Positions 51,387-61,520 of a stretch of 64,000 nucleotides of DNA are shown here, in pieces. Every line of letters begins with the position of its first letter. Position 1 is the first letter of the stretch. The stretch spans positions 60,423 through 124,422 of the forward strand of contig JALWYX010000034.1 of assembly GCA_027078415.1 (NCBI GenBank). Reading direction: 5' to 3'. Both the position numbers and the translations under genes were made by a program. The stretch is from Thermoanaerobaculia bacterium (GTDB taxonomy: Bacteria; Acidobacteriota; Thermoanaerobaculia; JALWYX01). The notes beneath the pieces are model-generated. The model was not told where the DNA came from and did no database searches. It worked only from the letters and a program-made list of their open reading frames with translations.

Positions 51387-52043
51387 ATGAACAGAACAAA
51401 AGAATATACACGCCCATTTTCGTTAACCAGAAAGCTACTTTTCGGGAAACCTATAATAGTGGTATCAGGATTACCCCGCTCAGGAACTTCAATGGCCATG
51501 AAAATGCTTCGTGATGGGGGATTAGAAGTAGTATCGGACAACAAGCGTAAAGCTGACATAGATAATCCAAAAGGATACTTCGAATATGAACCTGTCAAAG
51601 ATATCCACAGATCGGGGCAAAACCTGAAATGGCTAAAAAAAATACGAGGCAAAGGTATCAAAATCATCTCCTTCCTCTTACGTTATCTACCCGATAATAA
51701 CAATTACAACATAATATTTATGCAACGCGATCTCAACGAGATCTTAGTTTCTCAAGCCAAAATGCTTCATCGTAGGGGCGAAGAACACTCTATCCCTGAC
51801 GAAAAAATGATGGTTTTCTGGAAAGAACACCTCGAACAGATATTCTTTATAATGCACCATCGCCCCTCTTTTCGCTTTATAGTACTAGATTACCTAGACG
51901 TTATTCAAGACCCTCGAAGCGCAGCTAAAAAAATAGAATCTTTCCTCAATATAGACCTAGACATAGACAAAATGGCAGAAGCAGTTTCACCAGAACTTTA
52001 CCGAAACAGAAAAGAAAATTTAATAAAAAGCACAAAAGGTTAA
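51387..52043 (+). CDS. Small sulfotransferase-family protein (PAPS-dependent, Sulfotransfer_3/Stf0-like)
   Basis: 5'-PSB-like loop VVSGLPRSGTSM near the N-terminus. 3'-PB-like IIFMQRDLNEILVSQ. AGGAG RBS upstream of the ATG. Confidence 0.6.
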   Translation: MNRTKEYTRPFSLTRKLLFGKPIIVVSGLPRSGTSMAMKMLRDGGLEVVSDNKRKADIDNPKGYFEYEPVKDIHRSGQNLKWLKKIRGKGIKIISFLLRYLPDNNNYNIIFMQRDLNEILVSQAKMLHRRGEEHSIPDEKMMVFWKEHLEQIFFIMHHRPSFRFIVLDYLDVIQDPRSAAKKIESFLNIDLDIDKMAEAVSPELYRNRKENLIKSTKG

Positions 52044-52501
52044 AGCGATATATCAAAACTTTTAGATTAAACCAACTACACTCTAAAGTAGAAAAAACGC
52101 TGTACAATCTTAATACTCAAAATCACGATAAAAATTACAAAAACACAACTCCTTAGTAGATCTCCAAAACTTAGAAAAATAAAACTTTTTCTCAACACAA
52201 TATTTTTATCTCCTAAAGCTAATAACCCTTTAAATTAAAAAATAGACTTTACACCATCTATTAAACGCTTTTATACTCCTAATTCATCGCAACATCAAAA
52301 ATCAAATTGCCAATATCAGGCAAACAACTTATTCATATAAAAAGTTTCAATAAAGTAACAACACTCTTTACACACTTATGTACCTTACAACTAGCAGGTA
52401 AACACACATATAACAAATAAGAATTGTAAAAAGATGCAAAACAGATCTACCAAAAGTATTTTTCACAAAAAAACAGTAAAAAAAAGAGAAGAACAAAAGT
52501 T

Positions 52502-54046
52502 TTACGGAAGGTATCCCAAGCTTTTTAAAACCTTGAGGGTACTTTCATCTAGGTATTTATTACTTTTTTCCGTCTTTACTCTAAGAGGATAGCTATCTAT
52601 AAATCTAGGAGGGTATTTTTTTATAAAGTGATCATTTATAACCGATAAAAAACCTTTACCATTTTTTTTAGGCACTGGATATCCTTGCAAATATAAAATA
52701 AGGGGATTTAAATCCAATATGGATAATGTGACGTTTCCCTTTTTAAAAGGGGGCCCTACAGCCAAAAATACTCCCGGAGGAGCACTGATATGGTGGAGGT
52801 TATCAAAATCGAATCCATGATCTGAAACTACTATAACAGCTACATTTGACAAACCTTCTACAACTTCCTTTAGAAATCTTTCGAAATCCTTATAACGTTT
52901 AATTATAGGTTCTTTGATACCTCTTCTATAGTCTCTACCACAGTAGTGGTGAAATTTATCTACAGAAACAAACTCTGTAGCTAAAAGATCATAGTCACCA
53001 GTCAGAAAAACCTGCCACAAAAGATCTTCTTCATAAGAAGATAAAAAATCCCTACACTTATCTGAAATAGCACTTTTACTCGACAGGTCATTTAACCTAT
53101 ACTTGTAAACATCATAATTTTCAGTTTCCAAGTTTAGATGAAAATTGGTAATAATAGTTCTGTTAGTTAGTAACCATTTAACAACTGCATAACTACGAGT
53201 AGATCCTACAATCTCCCAAAATGGCGGATACAAACTGTTTTCCAAATTTGAAAGTCTAACAATTTCTTGTTTGAAAATCATCTTTATAAAAGGAACTACA
53301 AAAAAATTGAGCCCTACATGTAAAGGAAAAGAAGATATATGCGATTGCAAACCTGGCAAATCGAAAAATATAAAATGTTCTATTCCATGTTTATCCGGTG
53401 TTACACCAGTAGCCATAGAACTCCAAACTGCTGCAGAAAGAGCAGGATAAACGGTTGTTAGTTCTCCGTAAGTAGCGTTTTGTAGAAGAGATCTTATAAA
53501 CGTGAGTTCTCCCGAGAGTGCAAGGTTAAAGAGCAGATGAGGGTCTAACCCATCACTTACAAGTAGAATAGTTCTAACTGGTACTCTGCTTTCTACCTCA
53601 AAATGCACTTCTGAAACTCTTTCTGTCTGTGTCACATAAGGAAACAGTAAACCTCTTATTACAATAAGAGAAGCTACAACTCCTAAAACATAGCTAATAT
53701 ACTTGAATCTACTTATAAAAAAAGCGATAACCAGCGCTGCACAAATAAACACAACTAGGTATCCGATTTTACGAGAAAAAAGTAAATTACTAAGGAAGTA
53801 AGTGTTTATTTTTAATTCGGGTAAGAGCAAAGTGTATACCAATACAAATGCTCCAATTATATAGTGGACAAAGCCATCTTTTCTTAAAAATTTTCGTAAT
53901 GAACTTTCTATTATCGCTATAACAAGTAGAGGAATAAACAGGTAGAGCAAAAACAGTACTCTATCTTTGATAGTTAACCAAGAATTTAACGAAATAGTTA
54001 GAAAAAATACTACACTTATAAAGAGATAAACCGTTGAAGTTATCAC
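52502..54046 (-). CDS. NPP / type I phosphodiesterase-like protein C with about 5-TM N-terminal membrane domain
   Basis: About 150-aa polytopic N-terminus. ILLVSDGLD. LSAAVWSSMATGVTPDKHGIEHF. VSDHGFD. C-terminal tail ...LKVLKSLGYLP. Confidence 0.7.
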   Translation of the reverse strand: MITSTVYLFISVVFFLTISLNSWLTIKDRVLFLLYLFIPLLVIAIIESSLRKFLRKDGFVHYIIGAFVLVYTLLLPELKINTYFLSNLLFSRKIGYLVVFICAALVIAFFISRFKYISYVLGVVASLIVIRGLLFPYVTQTERVSEVHFEVESRVPVRTILLVSDGLDPHLLFNLALSGELTFIRSLLQNATYGELTTVYPALSAAVWSSMATGVTPDKHGIEHFIFFDLPGLQSHISSFPLHVGLNFFVVPFIKMIFKQEIVRLSNLENSLYPPFWEIVGSTRSYAVVKWLLTNRTIITNFHLNLETENYDVYKYRLNDLSSKSAISDKCRDFLSSYEEDLLWQVFLTGDYDLLATEFVSVDKFHHYCGRDYRRGIKEPIIKRYKDFERFLKEVVEGLSNVAVIVVSDHGFDFDNLHHISAPPGVFLAVGPPFKKGNVTLSILDLNPLILYLQGYPVPKKNGKGFLSVINDHFIKKYPPRFIDSYPLRVKTEKSNKYLDESTLKVLKSLGYLP

Positions 54047-54051
54047 TTTTC

Positions 54052-54357
54052 TTATCTATTACTATTTTCAATATACTCCTCTATTGAAATTCCAGTTATA
54101 TTTAGAAATCTCTGATAGTAACTAATTCCCACAACTTGATCGCGGTCAAAATCTATTCTTTCTATCCTACGCATAGGAAAAAAAACGGTTGATAATCCTA
54201 GCGTTGGTGAACCTCTTACTATTTCTCTTACCCATTCATCAAAGAAATCTAAACTTATAGCTTTAACAAGTACTCCTTCACTTCCCAACTTAAGAAGTTT
54301 GCCCCACATCTTTTCTCTAGGGTTTACCAGATGCAATACTACGAATTCCCCTTCCAT
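54052..54357 (-). CDS. Hypothetical protein
   Basis: 101-aa ORF between the epimerase and NPP-C genes in the same operon. No motif recognised. Confidence 0.45.
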   Translation of the reverse strand: MEGEFVVLHLVNPREKMWGKLLKLGSEGVLVKAISLDFFDEWVREIVRGSPTLGLSTVFFPMRRIERIDFDRDQVVGISYYQRFLNITGISIEEYIENSNR

Positions 54358-54752
54358 AAAGAAACCAGTTCTACTAGTACACCACCCATAGAGTTAGGAT
54401 GTATAAATTGTACAGCTTTGCCGTCTGCTCCCTTACTTATAGGTTTTTTTAAAGTACATACACCTTTATCTTCGAGATGTTCACTAAATGATTTTAGATC
54501 TCCTTCGAAAAACAGTGCTATATGGTGAATACCTTCACCTTTTTTTTTAATAAATCTCCATATAGGAGATTCTTTAGATGTGGGTTCCAGGAGTTCTATC
54601 TTAGTTTCTCCACATGGTATAAAAGCAACACGTACTTTCTCTGTGTGCACCTCTTCTATCTTAGTAATTCTCAAGCCCAGAGTTTTATACTTTTCTATAG
54701 CTTCTTCTAAAGATTTTACAGCTATTCCAATGTGATCTATTTTAGTTATCAT
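54339..54752 (-). CDS. Methylmalonyl-CoA epimerase / VOC (glyoxalase) family protein
   Basis: [15 protein letters not shown]...HIALFFEGD...GGVLVELV, the MCE pattern. About 135 aa. Confidence 0.8.
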   Translation of the reverse strand: MITKIDHIGIAVKSLEEAIEKYKTLGLRITKIEEVHTEKVRVAFIPCGETKIELLEPTSKESPIWRFIKKKGEGIHHIALFFEGDLKSFSEHLEDKGVCTLKKPISKGADGKAVQFIHPNSMGGVLVELVSLWKGNS

Positions 54753-55915
54753 TGGTTGAACAACCTCTTAGCTATAACAAGTCTTTGAATTTCAGAAGTT
54801 CCTTCACCTATAGTACATATTTTCGCATCTCTGTAAAACTTTTCCGCCTTGTAATCTTTAATAAATCCATATCCTCCATGTATTTGCACAGCCCTCTCGG
54901 AACAGAAAACCGCGGTCTCTCCTGCATACAACTTAGCCTCTGAAGCTAGTAAAGTTATAGGTTCACCTTTATCCTTTTTAGCAGCTGCGGCAAAGGTAAG
55001 AGCCTCTGCAGCTGCTATTCTGGTTGCCATTTCTGCTAAGGTAAACTGGATAGCTTGGAAAGATGCTATCGGTTTACCAAACTGCTCACGTTCTTTAGCG
55101 TATTTTATAGATATATCAAACGCACCTTTAGCGATACCTACACCTAAAGACGCTATAGAAATTCTACCTCCATCAAGTATAGTCATAGCTTGTTTAAAGC
55201 CGGTATTTACTTCCCCTAAAACGTTATCATCAGGAACAAAACAGTTTTCCAATATAATCTCTGTAGTTTCAGAAGCCCTGACTCCCAATTTGTTTTCTTT
55301 TTTTCCAGCTTTAAGCCCCTCGGTTCCCTTCTCTATAACAAAAGCAGAAATATTTCTACCTTTACGACCTCCCGGATCAGTAACCGCCATAACAACGTAT
55401 ATATCGCCACTATATCCGTGTGTTATAAAAACTTTACTACCGTTTATCAGCCATCCACCGTCTACTTTTGCAGCCAATGTTTTCATGCTTGCAGCATCCG
55501 ACCCAGAACCAGGTTCTGTAAGAGCCCACGCACCTATCTTCCTACCAGAGGCGAGATCCGGTAACCATCTATTCTTCTGTTCTTCGTTACCAAAAGTAAA
55601 TATGTGATTAGAGCATAATGAGGTGTGAGCCGCCACACTCAACGCGACAGAAGGCTCTATTCTAGCTAACTCTATTATAGTTGTAGCGTACGCTTTATAA
55701 TCAAAATCCGCACCACCGTACTTCTCAGGAAAAATCACACCCATAAACCCTAGTTCCCCCAACCTACGCAAGATATCTACAGGGAAAATCTGTTTCTCAT
55801 CTATCTCGTCGATCCTAGGATATATCTCATTCAAAGCAAAAGTACGCACAGTTTCAGCAATCTGTTCCAGTTCCAAACTTTTGCTAAAATCAACCATACC
55901 CTCTCCCTGTCTCAT
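54749..55915 (-). CDS. Acyl-CoA dehydrogenase (short/branched-chain type)
   Basis: Full ACAD architecture. [15 protein letters not shown]-terminal motif. [13 protein letters not shown]. Confidence 0.9.
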   Translation of the reverse strand: MRQGEGMVDFSKSLELEQIAETVRTFALNEIYPRIDEIDEKQIFPVDILRRLGELGFMGVIFPEKYGGADFDYKAYATTIIELARIEPSVALSVAAHTSLCSNHIFTFGNEEQKNRWLPDLASGRKIGAWALTEPGSGSDAASMKTLAAKVDGGWLINGSKVFITHGYSGDIYVVMAVTDPGGRKGRNISAFVIEKGTEGLKAGKKENKLGVRASETTEIILENCFVPDDNVLGEVNTGFKQAMTILDGGRISIASLGVGIAKGAFDISIKYAKEREQFGKPIASFQAIQFTLAEMATRIAAAEALTFAAAAKKDKGEPITLLASEAKLYAGETAVFCSERAVQIHGGYGFIKDYKAEKFYRDAKICTIGEGTSEIQRLVIAKRLFNQ

Positions 55916-56799
55916 GAAATATATTGCATCAAGGATACAATCTCTTTACTCCATTCATCCTTAGAACATTCCCTAGAAAAACCCAACGATCTATAACGCA
56001 CAACACCTTTCTTGTCTGTTATCCAATTTGTAGGAATACCTTTCTGTAAAACCCATTTAAACTCTCTATAAGCATAAAGAGACAGAACCTTCATTTTTGT
56101 TTTGTAAACAAAACGTCTACCTCTACTTATATCATGGTCAAGATTAAAACTCAAAACTTGGTAACGTCTCATCTTTTTACTCTTCAAAAAATCATGCAAA
56201 TACTCAATGTAAGGCATCTCACTCTTACAAGGCGAACACCAACTAGCCCACAGGTTAATAAAAGAAACCTTACCGTACAACCTACCTTTATACCAAGGCA
56301 AACCGGTCTTTATCTTTGGGAGTTTGATAAAAGAAAAAGATTTTTTTGTTTTATACCATTTTTTACCACAAATCTCTAAAAAATCACTCTTTCCCCTACT
56401 ATCTTTGTCCTCTACAAGCTCAAGACTATCTTTTTCTGTCTTATCTTTATCGCGATCGATCTCTTTTTCCACTTTCTCATTATCACTCTCTTTAGAGTTG
56501 CTAATATCTACTGCGACTTTATCTTTACCCTCAAAACCACTTGTATTTCTGTTCTCTTCAACCTCTTTAGGTAGAACTTGTCTAGTTATCTGGGGAGTAG
56601 GTAAATCTTCCGTGTCACCCGGTATATAAAATGTTGAGTAAAACAGATGTTTAACGTCTTTCAAAAAACCTTTCTTGTCACTTTTATAAATAACAAGGAA
56701 GAAAAGAGCAACTATCAATAAAACGAACATTCCTACCAACGATTTTAATGAGACAATGACTATCTTTGGCCGGTTTCTTTTCACGTTATTAGAGGTCAT
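55912..56799 (-). CDS. Membrane-anchored TlpA/redoxin-like thiol-disulfide oxidoreductase with D/K-rich low-complexity linker
   Basis: N-terminal TM helix. [13 protein letters not shown] CxxC thioredoxin-fold motif. Confidence 0.75.
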   Translation of the reverse strand: MTSNNVKRNRPKIVIVSLKSLVGMFVLLIVALFFLVIYKSDKKGFLKDVKHLFYSTFYIPGDTEDLPTPQITRQVLPKEVEENRNTSGFEGKDKVAVDISNSKESDNEKVEKEIDRDKDKTEKDSLELVEDKDSRGKSDFLEICGKKWYKTKKSFSFIKLPKIKTGLPWYKGRLYGKVSFINLWASWCSPCKSEMPYIEYLHDFLKSKKMRRYQVLSFNLDHDISRGRRFVYKTKMKVLSLYAYREFKWVLQKGIPTNWITDKKGVVRYRSLGFSRECSKDEWSKEIVSLMQYIS

Positions 56800-56802
56800 A
56801 AG

Positions 56803-57813
56803 CTACCCTACAGACACAACTATTTTTCCAAAGTGTTTTCCTTCTTTAAGAGCATAAAAAGCGTGCTTAACATCTTCAAAAGGAAAGATTTCGTATATAA
56901 CTGGTTTTAAGTCGTTAGTTATTACAGCTTTTACAAGATCTTTCAGATCTTTTTTACTACCTACAAAAATCCCATAAATTTTAAGCATATTCATAAGGAT
57001 TGCCAATATGGGGAAACCTGCTTCTACGCCACTTAGTACTCCTATTAAAGCTACTCTACCACCGGGATTAAGAGTCTTAACTGTCTGGGAAAACGTTTTA
57101 GCGCCTCCAACTTCTATAGCAAGATCTACTCCTCCAGTTATCTCTCTTACAACTTTTCCCCAATTAGGGTTAGAAATGTAATTAATAGTAAAGTCTGCAC
57201 CTAACTTTTTAGCACGCTCCAATTTATCATAGCTTTTGGAAGTGATTATCACTCTTGCACCGATTATCTTAGCCAGCTGTAGAGAAAATATAGACACCCC
57301 TCCTGTTCCCAATGTAAGAACAGTGTCTCCAGGTTTAAGTCCTCCAGTTTTCCAAATAGCTGACCAAGCAGTAACACCCGCGCAAGGTAAAGTTGCTGCA
57401 TTTTCAAAGCTTAACTCCTCAGGAATTTTAAGAACGGCTTCTCTAGGTAAAACTACATATTCACTCAAAACTCCAGGTAGAGGCGCTCCTAAAACTTGTC
57501 GTAAAAATCTCTTTGTAGGATCACCATCTTCCCAAAACGGAGAAAAAACTGTAACTACTCTATCTCCAGCTTTAAGTTCCTTAACAGCAGAACCTACCTC
57601 TACAATCTCTCCAGCCGCGTCACTACAAGGGGTTATAGGTAAAGGCTGATTAGGATTATACAAACCCTCTATCATAAGTAAGTCTCTATAATTAAGAGAT
57701 ACATTATGGACCTTTAACAACACATCATTTTCAGAAGGTGAGGGGATATCTTTTGACTGCAATTCAAGACTATCTATACCGCCGAAACTATTTATAATCC
57801 AACTTCTGTTCAT
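56803..57813 (-). CDS. Zinc-type alcohol dehydrogenase / MDR superfamily NAD(P)-dependent oxidoreductase
   Basis: GroES-like N-domain. GTGGVSIFSLQLAKIIGARV Rossmann motif. Confidence 0.85.
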   Translation of the reverse strand: MNRSWIINSFGGIDSLELQSKDIPSPSENDVLLKVHNVSLNYRDLLMIEGLYNPNQPLPITPCSDAAGEIVEVGSAVKELKAGDRVVTVFSPFWEDGDPTKRFLRQVLGAPLPGVLSEYVVLPREAVLKIPEELSFENAATLPCAGVTAWSAIWKTGGLKPGDTVLTLGTGGVSIFSLQLAKIIGARVIITSKSYDKLERAKKLGADFTINYISNPNWGKVVREITGGVDLAIEVGGAKTFSQTVKTLNPGGRVALIGVLSGVEAGFPILAILMNMLKIYGIFVGSKKDLKDLVKAVITNDLKPVIYEIFPFEDVKHAFYALKEGKHFGKIVVSVG

Positions 57814-58220
57814 AACCTTTCTTTAATTTTTTCCAAAAGATCTTCAGCTTCCTCTTCCAATAATCTATGAGGATTCCAACCTATAATAAGTCCAGAATCT
57901 TTAAATTTGGGAATAATATGAAAATGAACGTGAAATACTGCTTGATGAGCCAAGGAACCGTTATTTTGCAGAATATTATAAGCCTCAGCTCCTGTAGCTT
58001 CCATAATAGCCCTAGCTATACGAGGTAAAACCCTTCCTATAGCAGCAGCGTAATCATCGGGCAACTGATGTAAATAAGCCACTTCTATCTTAGGTATAAC
58101 TAAGGTGTGACCTCTAGATAAAGGATTGATATCGAGAAACGCTAAAACTTTTTCATCTTCATACACTTTATAACAAGGAATTTCACCTCTTATAATTTTT
58201 GAGAACACACTCTCAACCAT
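57810..58220 (-). CDS. HIT family hydrolase
   Basis: HTLVIPK...HVHFHIIP histidine triad. Confidence 0.85.
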   Translation of the reverse strand: MVESVFSKIIRGEIPCYKVYEDEKVLAFLDINPLSRGHTLVIPKIEVAYLHQLPDDYAAAIGRVLPRIARAIMEATGAEAYNILQNNGSLAHQAVFHVHFHIIPKFKDSGLIIGWNPHRLLEEEAEDLLEKIKERL

Positions 58221-58251
58221 AGTTCAATTTTACACCTTGAAAAAGAGGAGT

Positions 58252-58953
58252 TCAAAAACTACTGTACATACTTAAAAACGCGAACCAACCGAAGATAAAA
58301 ATAACTTTATCGCACAAAATGTGGCTCACCCAAGGATAGACTATACTACCTGTAGCTACATAAAGCCAGTTCCACCAACTAAATCCTAGAATAATTGCAA
58401 CCCACGCCAAAGCAACCACAAAATAGTTGTTATCGCCAGCCAATTCTATAATAACTACAAGATGATGCAAACTGAAAAAGAGAGACGAAAAGAAAGAAGA
58501 TTTTAAAAATGTGAAAGAATTTCGCAACAAGTTGAAAAAAACGATTCTCCAATAAAACTCTTCCATAAAAGAATGTAAAAAAGAAATAACAGTTGCAAAT
58601 ACAAAATATATATACCAGTTGTGCAAAGAAAATAGATAGATCTTTTCCACTATTGCTCTCTGAACATTTTCCCAACTTTGTGTATAAGAAAACACCAAGA
58701 TAGCCAGAAAAAGTAGTAAGGGAGGAAATACAGTAGAGGTTATAGTTAGCGAGACCGAAATTTTGTTGAACGATTTAACTCTTGGTAACCCTCTAAAACG
58801 CAGAAATACCCATATAGCAATTATAAGCTGAACGATTTTGCTAATAACGTAAAATGGAAGAGGGTTATAGTCAAGGTAAAGATAGTAGTAAAGAGCTGCA
58901 ATAGTAGGGTACAAAGCCATCAAAGATAAGGTAAAATAAAATTTTTTGTCCAC
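58252..58953 (-). CDS. CPBP (CAAX protease / Abi) family intramembrane metalloprotease
   Basis: Polytopic. EEFYWR (motif 1), FSLHH (motif 2) and a downstream His. Confidence 0.7.
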   Translation of the reverse strand: MDKKFYFTLSLMALYPTIAALYYYLYLDYNPLPFYVISKIVQLIIAIWVFLRFRGLPRVKSFNKISVSLTITSTVFPPLLLFLAILVFSYTQSWENVQRAIVEKIYLFSLHNWYIYFVFATVISFLHSFMEEFYWRIVFFNLLRNSFTFLKSSFFSSLFFSLHHLVVIIELAGDNNYFVVALAWVAIILGFSWWNWLYVATGSIVYPWVSHILCDKVIFIFGWFAFLSMYSSF

Positions 58954-58983
58954 GTCGGTTAAAATATTATAAGATCAACCGTT

Positions 58984-61269
58984 ATGGTAGAAGACAAAAC
59001 CACCAATATTAGTATCTCGCATATTAGAATAAATCTTCTTAGAGAATTTCAAGCTCCTCCTGTGGCTCCCCCTAAAGTTACTGGGATAGAAGATGTGATA
59101 GACCTTTTAGAAAAAATCGGAATACCTCACGATAAAAAACAGATATATAGAGCTTACCAATTTGCAAAAGAAAAGCACAAAAAACAAACACGCAAAGACG
59201 GCACACCGTATATAACTCATCCCTTAAATGTATCTTACATAGTTGCTTCCATGAAGCTCGATACAACATCGATAGTGTCCGCTTTGCTTCACGACGTTGT
59301 AGAAGACACAGAAGCAACTTTAGACGAGATAGAAAGGTTGTTTGGTAGTGAAGTAGCACTGATAGTAGATGGGGTTAGCAAAATAGGAAGACATTCAAGC
59401 AAATACACATACAAAGATGCTATACAAGCTGAAAATTTTAGAAAGTTATTACTTAGTACGGCAAAAGACATAAGAGTGATCTTGATCAAACTTGCCGATA
59501 GATTACACAATATGACAACTTTGGGGTGGCTTCCCAGAGAAAAACAGATAAGAAAAGCTCGAGAGACGTTAGACATATACGCTCCTATTGCTCACAGACT
59601 GGGGATATCGCATTTATGGGGAGATTTATCAGATCTCTCATTCTATTTTCTAAAGCCTGAAAAATGTTTTGACCTACGGGTACAACTATACTTTTATCTT
59701 AGAGAACGAGCAGAGCTGTTGGACGAGATTCTTGAAGCACTAAATAAACTACTTGCAAACTATGATGTAACTATAAACTATAGGGTAAAACGTCTATGGT
59801 CTATCTACAAAAAGATGGAACAGAAAAAAATATCGAACATAAATAACTTGTATGACTACGTAGCTTTCCGCGTCTTAACCAACACTAAAGAAGAAGCCTA
59901 CGCTATATTAGGCTTAGTTCACGGTAAATGGCAACATGTTCCTGGCACTATAAAAGATTATATAGGGACTCCAAAAGAGAATTTATACCAATCTTTGCAC
60001 ACTACAATTCTTTATAAAGGTAAACCGTACGAAATTCAAATACGAACTTATGAAATGGATAAAATTGCTGAAGAAGGAATAGCCGCACACTGGGCATATA
60101 AAGAGAAAGGATCAAAAATAAAAGCTATAGACAAAGATGTAATGAAATTAAGATCACGATGGAACAGTTGGATCAGCAGTTTTCTCGACTTAAAAGATGA
60201 GCTCACCGATCCTAAAGAGTTTTTTAACTTATTGAAAATAGATCTTTACACAGATCAAGTATACGTTTTATCTCCTAAAGGAGAAGTGTTTGCATTTCCT
60301 GTAGGAGCAACACCTATAGATTTTGCATACAGAATCCATACAGAAGTTGGTAATCACTGTAGTGGTGCACGAGTAAACAACGTTTTAGTACCACTAAATT
60401 ACAAACTTAAAACTGGAGATACAGTTGAAATACTGACAAGCCAAAAAGCTTCCCCCAAGCGCCATTGGTTAAACCTAGTTGTAACTTCAAAAGCAAAATC
60501 TAAGATAAAGCAATGGCTTCTAAGAGAAGAAAAAGAAAAAGCCAAAGCAATAGGAAAGCATTTACTCGAAAAAGAGCTGGAAAATTACAATTTATCTTTA
60601 GAAAATATAAAAAGCGACGAACGTTTCCCAGAATACCTTAAGAGTAAAGGATTATCAACACTAGAAGATCTATTTGTCCATATAGGATTTGGGAAGATAT
60701 CAACACAATCGATAATCAAACATTTTCACAAAGAAGAAAAAAAGCTAAGTAAGATATTACAGAAAGCCTGGGGAATAGTAGAAAAAAGCTTTAAAAAAAG
60801 CAATCAAATTATTTTGGTGGATGAAGAAACAAACTTTCTAACCTACTTTGCCAAATGTTGCGCTCCTATACCTGGAGATAAAATTATAGGTTATATAACA
60901 AGAGGTAGAGGTATATCTATTCACAGAATAGAGTGTAAAAATATCAGAAACAACCTATTTCCAAGTGAAAAATTCATAAAAGTATATTGGAATCAGGAAT
61001 ACAATAAAAAATCTCTATTTCCGGTAAAACTGCATCTAGAACTTATAGACAAAAGAGGGATAATAGCATCTGTTACCTCTATATTGGATAAACATCATAT
61101 AAATATAGGAAAACTTAATGCTGATGCTATGCGCAAAAACGTTCCGCCCGGCAGAGGGTACGCTGAAATAGTAATATTCGTTAAAAACACACAGCAACTC
61201 ACCGATGTGATAAAAAATATAAAAAAGGTAAAAGGAGTTATAAAGGTTAAACGGCTGAGTGGCTCATAG
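58984..61269 (+). CDS. Bifunctional (p)ppGpp synthetase/hydrolase RelA/SpoT family
   Basis: HD domain HDVVEDT. Synthetase domain. C-terminal TGS and ACT regions. 761 aa. Confidence 0.9.
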   Translation: MVEDKTTNISISHIRINLLREFQAPPVAPPKVTGIEDVIDLLEKIGIPHDKKQIYRAYQFAKEKHKKQTRKDGTPYITHPLNVSYIVASMKLDTTSIVSALLHDVVEDTEATLDEIERLFGSEVALIVDGVSKIGRHSSKYTYKDAIQAENFRKLLLSTAKDIRVILIKLADRLHNMTTLGWLPREKQIRKARETLDIYAPIAHRLGISHLWGDLSDLSFYFLKPEKCFDLRVQLYFYLRERAELLDEILEALNKLLANYDVTINYRVKRLWSIYKKMEQKKISNINNLYDYVAFRVLTNTKEEAYAILGLVHGKWQHVPGTIKDYIGTPKENLYQSLHTTILYKGKPYEIQIRTYEMDKIAEEGIAAHWAYKEKGSKIKAIDKDVMKLRSRWNSWISSFLDLKDELTDPKEFFNLLKIDLYTDQVYVLSPKGEVFAFPVGATPIDFAYRIHTEVGNHCSGARVNNVLVPLNYKLKTGDTVEILTSQKASPKRHWLNLVVTSKAKSKIKQWLLREEKEKAKAIGKHLLEKELENYNLSLENIKSDERFPEYLKSKGLSTLEDLFVHIGFGKISTQSIIKHFHKEEKKLSKILQKAWGIVEKSFKKSNQIILVDEETNFLTYFAKCCAPIPGDKIIGYITRGRGISIHRIECKNIRNNLFPSEKFIKVYWNQEYNKKSLFPVKLHLELIDKRGIIASVTSILDKHHINIGKLNADAMRKNVPPGRGYAEIVIFVKNTQQLTDVIKNIKKVKGVIKVKRLSGS

Positions 61270-61465
61270 TTGATAAAGGAGGCTTTTTAACTTTACCCAT
61301 CTTTATACAGGTAGTACATACTTTGATTCTCTTCACTTGTCCATCTATAAGAGCTCTAACTCTTTGTAAATTAGGGCGGAACTTTCTTCTGGTCACATTA
61401 TGAGCGTGACTTATCTGCCTACCAGCAACTGTCTTTTTACCACAAAAATAACATCTGTACGCCAT
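61247..61465 (-). CDS. rpmB: 50S ribosomal protein L28
   Basis: MAYRCYFCGKKTVAGRQISHAHNVTRRKFRPNLQ. GGAGG RBS 6 nt before the Met at 61465; the ORF-track start lies further upstream. Confidence 0.9.
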   Translation of the reverse strand: MAYRCYFCGKKTVAGRQISHAHNVTRRKFRPNLQRVRALIDGQVKRIKVCTTCIKMGKVKKPPLSTMSHSAV

Positions 61466-61520
61466 TTTAGCCTCCACTTTAGAAATCGCTTTCGGGAGTT
61501 TTTATTGTATCATCTTTGTT

